Shown here in pieces: positions 59,791 to 64,000 of a DNA stretch of 64,000 nt. Each line of letters starts with the position of its first letter. Position 1 is the first letter of the stretch. This stretch comes from Escherichia phage T2. Location: the sequence record NC_054931.1; one strand, written 5' to 3'. The translations under genes were made by a program, and so were the position numbers. A model generated the notes under the pieces. The model saw only the letters and a program-made list of their open reading frames with translations, ran no database searches and was not told the origin of the DNA.

Positions 59791-60252
59791 TCATTGAGTT
59801 TTAATTACTGCTTTAGAAGCCTTTCCTGGTAAACGACGACTGTTAATAATTGCCATTCTACATTGAAGTGACGGGTCTTTGAACTTCGCATTAGGTTTAC
59901 AAACTGTAAATCCAAGCCAAAGATTTCCATCTGTGATTTCTAAACGTCCAGGACGATATTCAATTCCATCAATAAAATCCTCGTCAATGTCAGGACGCGG
60001 AGGCATACTCAGGAATTCATTAACTTCTAAAACATGGTCTTTTATTTTATGGAATAATTCAAAAACGTATGTCTCATCAATCTCCCGTTGAATTGCGCGA
60101 TCAAGAAGATGTTGAGAATATTTTAGATGAAACGATGAGACCCCTGCTGCTTTTGATGCCTCACGAATCTCATTGTTAATTTGACGAAACTCCGACTCAA
60201 AGTGACGACGAAGCTTATTTCGACGGATAAAAACTTCTGTATTGATAGTCAT
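59791..60252 (-). CDS. regB: RegB site-specific endoribonuclease
   Basis: 153-aa ORF; length and position equal T4 RegB; SD before ATG. Confidence 0.85.
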   Translation of the reverse strand: MTINTEVFIRRNKLRRHFESEFRQINNEIREASKAAGVSSFHLKYSQHLLDRAIQREIDETYVFELFHKIKDHVLEVNEFLSMPPRPDIDEDFIDGIEYRPGRLEITDGNLWLGFTVCKPNAKFKDPSLQCRMAIINSRRLPGKASKAVIKTQ

Positions 60253-60279
60253 GTTGTTCTCCTCTTAACTGATAGAAAA

Positions 60280-60309
60280 ATTATACCACAGTCAAGAGGA
60301 AAAGTAAAC
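60280..60309 (-). promoter_or_regulatory. T4-type early promoter upstream of regB
   Basis: attata 60280-60285, 18-bp spacer, gtaaac 60304-60309. Confidence 0.5.
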
Positions 60310-60311
60310 AG

Positions 60312-60632
60312 TTATTCTTTAAATCTAATCAATTTATTCATAGACTTTGAAACTTCTGCACGAACCTCATGTAGATTTTTGAGCTGTTCAAGACGCTGCG
60401 TATAGTAAGCAATTTCATCTTCTTCGAGACAGTCCTGCGAATCTTCTTTAAGATACCGTGCATAGTCCTGGAAAGCGTTACGGACTACTTCCTGGAAGTC
60501 ATCAAGACTTTGAATTTTCTTAGGAGCAACAGATACACGACGAGGTGCAGTATAATACTCATAACCAAACCCTGCGCTTAATTGATCCATTAGTATTTTT
60601 CCTCTGGTTGGAACACTGCACGACAAGCCCAC
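60312..60632 (-). CDS. hypothetical protein
   Basis: 106-aa ORF. Confidence 0.35.
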   Translation of the reverse strand: MGLSCSVPTRGKILMDQLSAGFGYEYYTAPRRVSVAPKKIQSLDDFQEVVRNAFQDYARYLKEDSQDCLEEDEIAYYTQRLEQLKNLHEVRAEVSKSMNKLIRFKE

Positions 60633-60850
60633 ATACTGGCTTCTTTGAGTTTCGTTTTAGCAATAGTTAACTGATCGAGGCTTTCAGCATAATTCTTCGC
60701 GAATTCACAGTCTTCACAATTATCTAGTGCTTCCCAGAATTCATCATATAAAGCATCAAAGATAAGTCCTAAACGAACTTCAGCGTCTTTGATAGCATTC
60801 ACTTTACCGATTTTCTCTTCAGTATGTGGTTTATCCCTTAATATCTTCAA
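60590..60850 (-). CDS. hypothetical protein
   Basis: 86-aa ORF. Confidence 0.3.
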   Translation of the reverse strand: MKILRDKPHTEEKIGKVNAIKDAEVRLGLIFDALYDEFWEALDNCEDCEFAKNYAESLDQLTIAKTKLKEASMWACRAVFQPEEKY

Positions 60851-61068
60851 TCATATTTGACTTCCTCACCAGTACATAAATCATATTCAACTAAACGAAT
60901 AGGTTCATGAATGCCATATCCCTGAACAGAAACTTCTGTCGTAGGATAAATTCCATCAATATCACCCATATTCCAGGCTTCATTAAATTGCTGTTCGCCT
61001 GAATTACTAAACCACTCGGCGAAAGCATTTATCACATCTTTAGAACCTTCAATAATTATCTTTGCCAT
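60847..61068 (-). CDS. hypothetical protein
   Basis: 73-aa ORF. Confidence 0.3.
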   Translation of the reverse strand: MAKIIIEGSKDVINAFAEWFSNSGEQQFNEAWNMGDIDGIYPTTEVSVQGYGIHEPIRLVEYDLCTGEEVKYD

Positions 61069-61430
61069 TACAAACTCTCGGTAAAGGTACGAGCGATAAC
61101 GTCGCGCTGCTGTTCCGGAGTCAGAGAGTTAAAGCGAACTGCATAACCGGATACACGGATGGTCAGCTGCGGATATTTTTCCGGATGCTTAACTGCATCT
61201 TCCAGAGTTTCACGACGCAGAACGTTAACGTTCAGGTGTTGACCACCTTCAATTTTAACTGTAGGTTGTGGCTCAATTTCAATTTCACGGGCATGCAAAC
61301 CATAGAAAATTTCTGGGTCTACAAAAGAGTCCTCTTTAAAGGTTTTAGAGACAATAATTCGTGCTTGAATACCATCTTCAAAATAAATAGTACCTTTATG
61401 TGTGCCTTCAAGAATTTGATATGCTTTCAT
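61068..61430 (-). CDS. autonomous glycyl-radical cofactor (GrcA/YfiD-like)
   Basis: 120-aa ORF; C-terminus [59 protein letters not shown] equals PFL/GrcA glycyl-radical domain. Confidence 0.85.
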   Translation of the reverse strand: MKAYQILEGTHKGTIYFEDGIQARIIVSKTFKEDSFVDPEIFYGLHAREIEIEPQPTVKIEGGQHLNVNVLRRETLEDAVKHPEKYPQLTIRVSGYAVRFNSLTPEQQRDVIARTFTESL

Positions 61431-61437
61431 ATAAACC

Positions 61438-61818
61438 TCAATTAGAAAATAAATTTATCCAAGATTGTTCTTTAATTAAAAATGGCTCAGAATCATATGC
61501 CATTAAACTGTGGGTAATTAATCCTTTAAAAGGTCCATCAATAAATTCCATGGTAAAATATGGAATTTTATTCATTAGCCGTGCATTAGGAGCAGTACAC
61601 AAAACTCTGCATCCTTTGAATACGCCTTTTTGTAATTTGTATTGCTTAGGATAAAATTCGCTTAAAATGTTATTTTTTGCCAAAATTTCAAAATGATTCA
61701 CCAATTTATTTTTAATAGTTTTTGGCGAAAAATAAAGATATTCGAAAAGCTGAGTGTCTGTCATCATTGCATTCCGATTACGAAAAACTGTGGACGAGTA
61801 ATACCACCAATACAACAT
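61438..61818 (-). CDS. hypothetical protein
   Basis: 126-aa ORF. Confidence 0.35.
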   Translation of the reverse strand: MLYWWYYSSTVFRNRNAMMTDTQLFEYLYFSPKTIKNKLVNHFEILAKNNILSEFYPKQYKLQKGVFKGCRVLCTAPNARLMNKIPYFTMEFIDGPFKGLITHSLMAYDSEPFLIKEQSWINLFSN

Positions 61819-62299
61819 TTAATATTACAGCAGCAGTGTACAGTGTCAATATGGACACTATAAATCTTATCCATATCAGGAGATTTGACAGGCTCATCAA
61901 TTATATACAAAATTCGCGAAAGCGATAAACCTCTGAACTTGCTTCCTTTATTACCAATAACTGCGCACAGAATCAGTAAATAAACGAAAACGTATATCAT
62001 CATTAGAATAACGCGAAAATTCCTTTTTGATGTTATTTGCAGAAATTTTAGCGTAAGCTGAAGTATTAGAAAGAACAATAACTGTTCCGCCATCATACAA
62101 CCAATTAGCAGCAAAGTTAGTCACAGCAATTGATTTACCAGATTGACGTCCACCATCTAGTCGAAGTGTGCAATACTGTTTAAGTAAGTCTTCAAATGGC
62201 GGGATATTCGTTTTTACAAATTTCTTCTACTCTAGCATCAGAATGGTGTGTAAAAGCATTCATCAGGGATAGATAAGGACCAGTTAAAAATGTTCTCAT
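61764..62299 (-). pseudogene. P-loop NTPase-like gene disrupted by two frameshifts
   Basis: three frame segments: MRTFLTGPYL..., ...LDGGRQSGKS... (Walker A), ...ILYIIDEP... (Walker B); span 3n+2; first break near a T5/A5 homopolymer. Confidence 0.4.
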
Positions 62300-62439
62300 T
62301 TCTTCTCTCTAAATTTGGGCCATTCCATGGCGCATGAATTGTCCATTTCTGTATTTACCCATTACCGCGCTTGGGCTCGACATTATTACAGGTTGGCGGG
62401 AATCCCTCACAGAATCATGAGGTCCAGGTTGTTCCCATG

Positions 62440-62913
62440 TTATTTGAACGATTTAACGTACTGAATAGAACCTTTACTATTCACAAAGGCAATTTTACCA
62501 TTTTTGTTATACATGGTAGCAGTACGTTGATAGCCATAAGTTTGTTTACCAGATTGATAACCAACTAATGCGAAATTATCTTCACCCATTTTATTCTGTT
62601 TAGCGCGAATGCGTTCATGACCATGTGCCATAAGAACCTTAGCATCACCAGTTGCAATGGATCGACGAGTTTTTTCATCTTCAACTGTATTAACAAAGTC
62701 GTCAAATGAATCAAATTTAGCATGAGATTTATTATACAGTTTTCCATCTACTGCATAATTATATCCCTGTACATCCATCTCAACTTCTGTACCATCATCC
62801 AATACAGCAGTGATTTTCTGACCTTTTTTAAATTTCAAAAGATCAGTAAAAGATTCAGCAATAATTTGAGAATTAATAGCTGCTTCAGTAATAAATTCTT
62901 GATAGGTTTTCAT
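62440..62913 (-). CDS. head internal protein (IP) with capsid-targeting sequence
   Basis: 157-aa ORF starting MKTYQEFITE followed by second I-A-E site; matches IP capsid-targeting-sequence consensus. Confidence 0.65.
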   Translation of the reverse strand: MKTYQEFITEAAINSQIIAESFTDLLKFKKGQKITAVLDDGTEVEMDVQGYNYAVDGKLYNKSHAKFDSFDDFVNTVEDEKTRRSIATGDAKVLMAHGHERIRAKQNKMGEDNFALVGYQSGKQTYGYQRTATMYNKNGKIAFVNSKGSIQYVKSFK

Positions 62914-62966
62914 GTGTTTCCTTTAAATATTTTAATTAGTAATTGTCTATTCAAGTAACTGTGAAT

Positions 62967-62996
62967 ATACTATCACAATTCCAAGAGAAAGTAGAC
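62967..62996 (-). promoter_or_regulatory. early-promoter-like element upstream of IP gene (variant -35 GTCTAC)
   Basis: gtagac 62991-62996 with -10-like tagtat 18 bp away. Confidence 0.35.
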
Positions 62997-63000
62997 AATT

Positions 63001-63987
<987 letters not shown>

Positions 63988-64000
63988 TCACTCACAAACT

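Noticed and set aside
62341-62420. GC-rich intergenic segment considered as a possible tRNA or small RNA
   Set aside because: No cloverleaf could be drawn by eye, there is no GTTC-type T-loop, and only short hairpins (cctca...tgagg) are present; more likely a 3' structure or terminator of the IP gene

Overview
This window reads as the early/middle-gene arm of a T-even (T4-like) myovirus genome, running from rIIA to the lysozyme gene e. Nearly all coding is on the minus strand in tightly packed, often ATGA-overlapping genes. Recognised products, by motif, length and order, include rIIA, topoisomerase gp39, DexA, Dda, Srd-like, ModA, Soc, gp56, Dam, primase gp61, Dmd, helicase gp41, UvsX, gp42, Imm, DNA polymerase gp43, RegA, clamp loader gp62/gp44, clamp gp45, RpbA, gp46/gp47, alpha-glucosyltransferase, gp55, NrdH/NrdG/NrdD, endonuclease VII, NrdC, rI, Tk, RegB, a GrcA-like glycyl-radical cofactor, an internal protein, Nudix hydrolase and lysozyme. 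It is not T4 itself: gene 39 is one continuous 606-aa ORF (no gene-60 bypass), nrdD is intronless, and segF is absent between soc and 56. Intergenic regions carry T4-type early promoters (GTTTAC, about 18 bp, TATAAT-like) and C(UUCG)G-type hairpins, several arranged as repeated promoter-plus-stem-loop cassettes. The most interesting accessory content is an ADP-ribosylation toolkit (ModA, a frameshifted ModB-like gene, a third small Mod-family ADP-ribosyltransferase on its own promoter/terminator cassette, and a macro-domain protein) and a translationally coupled membrane-protein/Pol-beta nucleotidyltransferase pair next to an AAA+ ATPase. Other points worth checking are a PD-(D/E)xK-like ORF directly upstream of dam with a lone plus-strand membrane ORF, a GT-A glycosyltransferase at the beta-gt locus, several frameshifted accessory genes (HNH endonuclease, P-loop NTPase, fragmented ORFs near rI), and a Nudix ORF with no stop before lysozyme. 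All calls rest on reading the sequence and recalled family knowledge; no database search was run.
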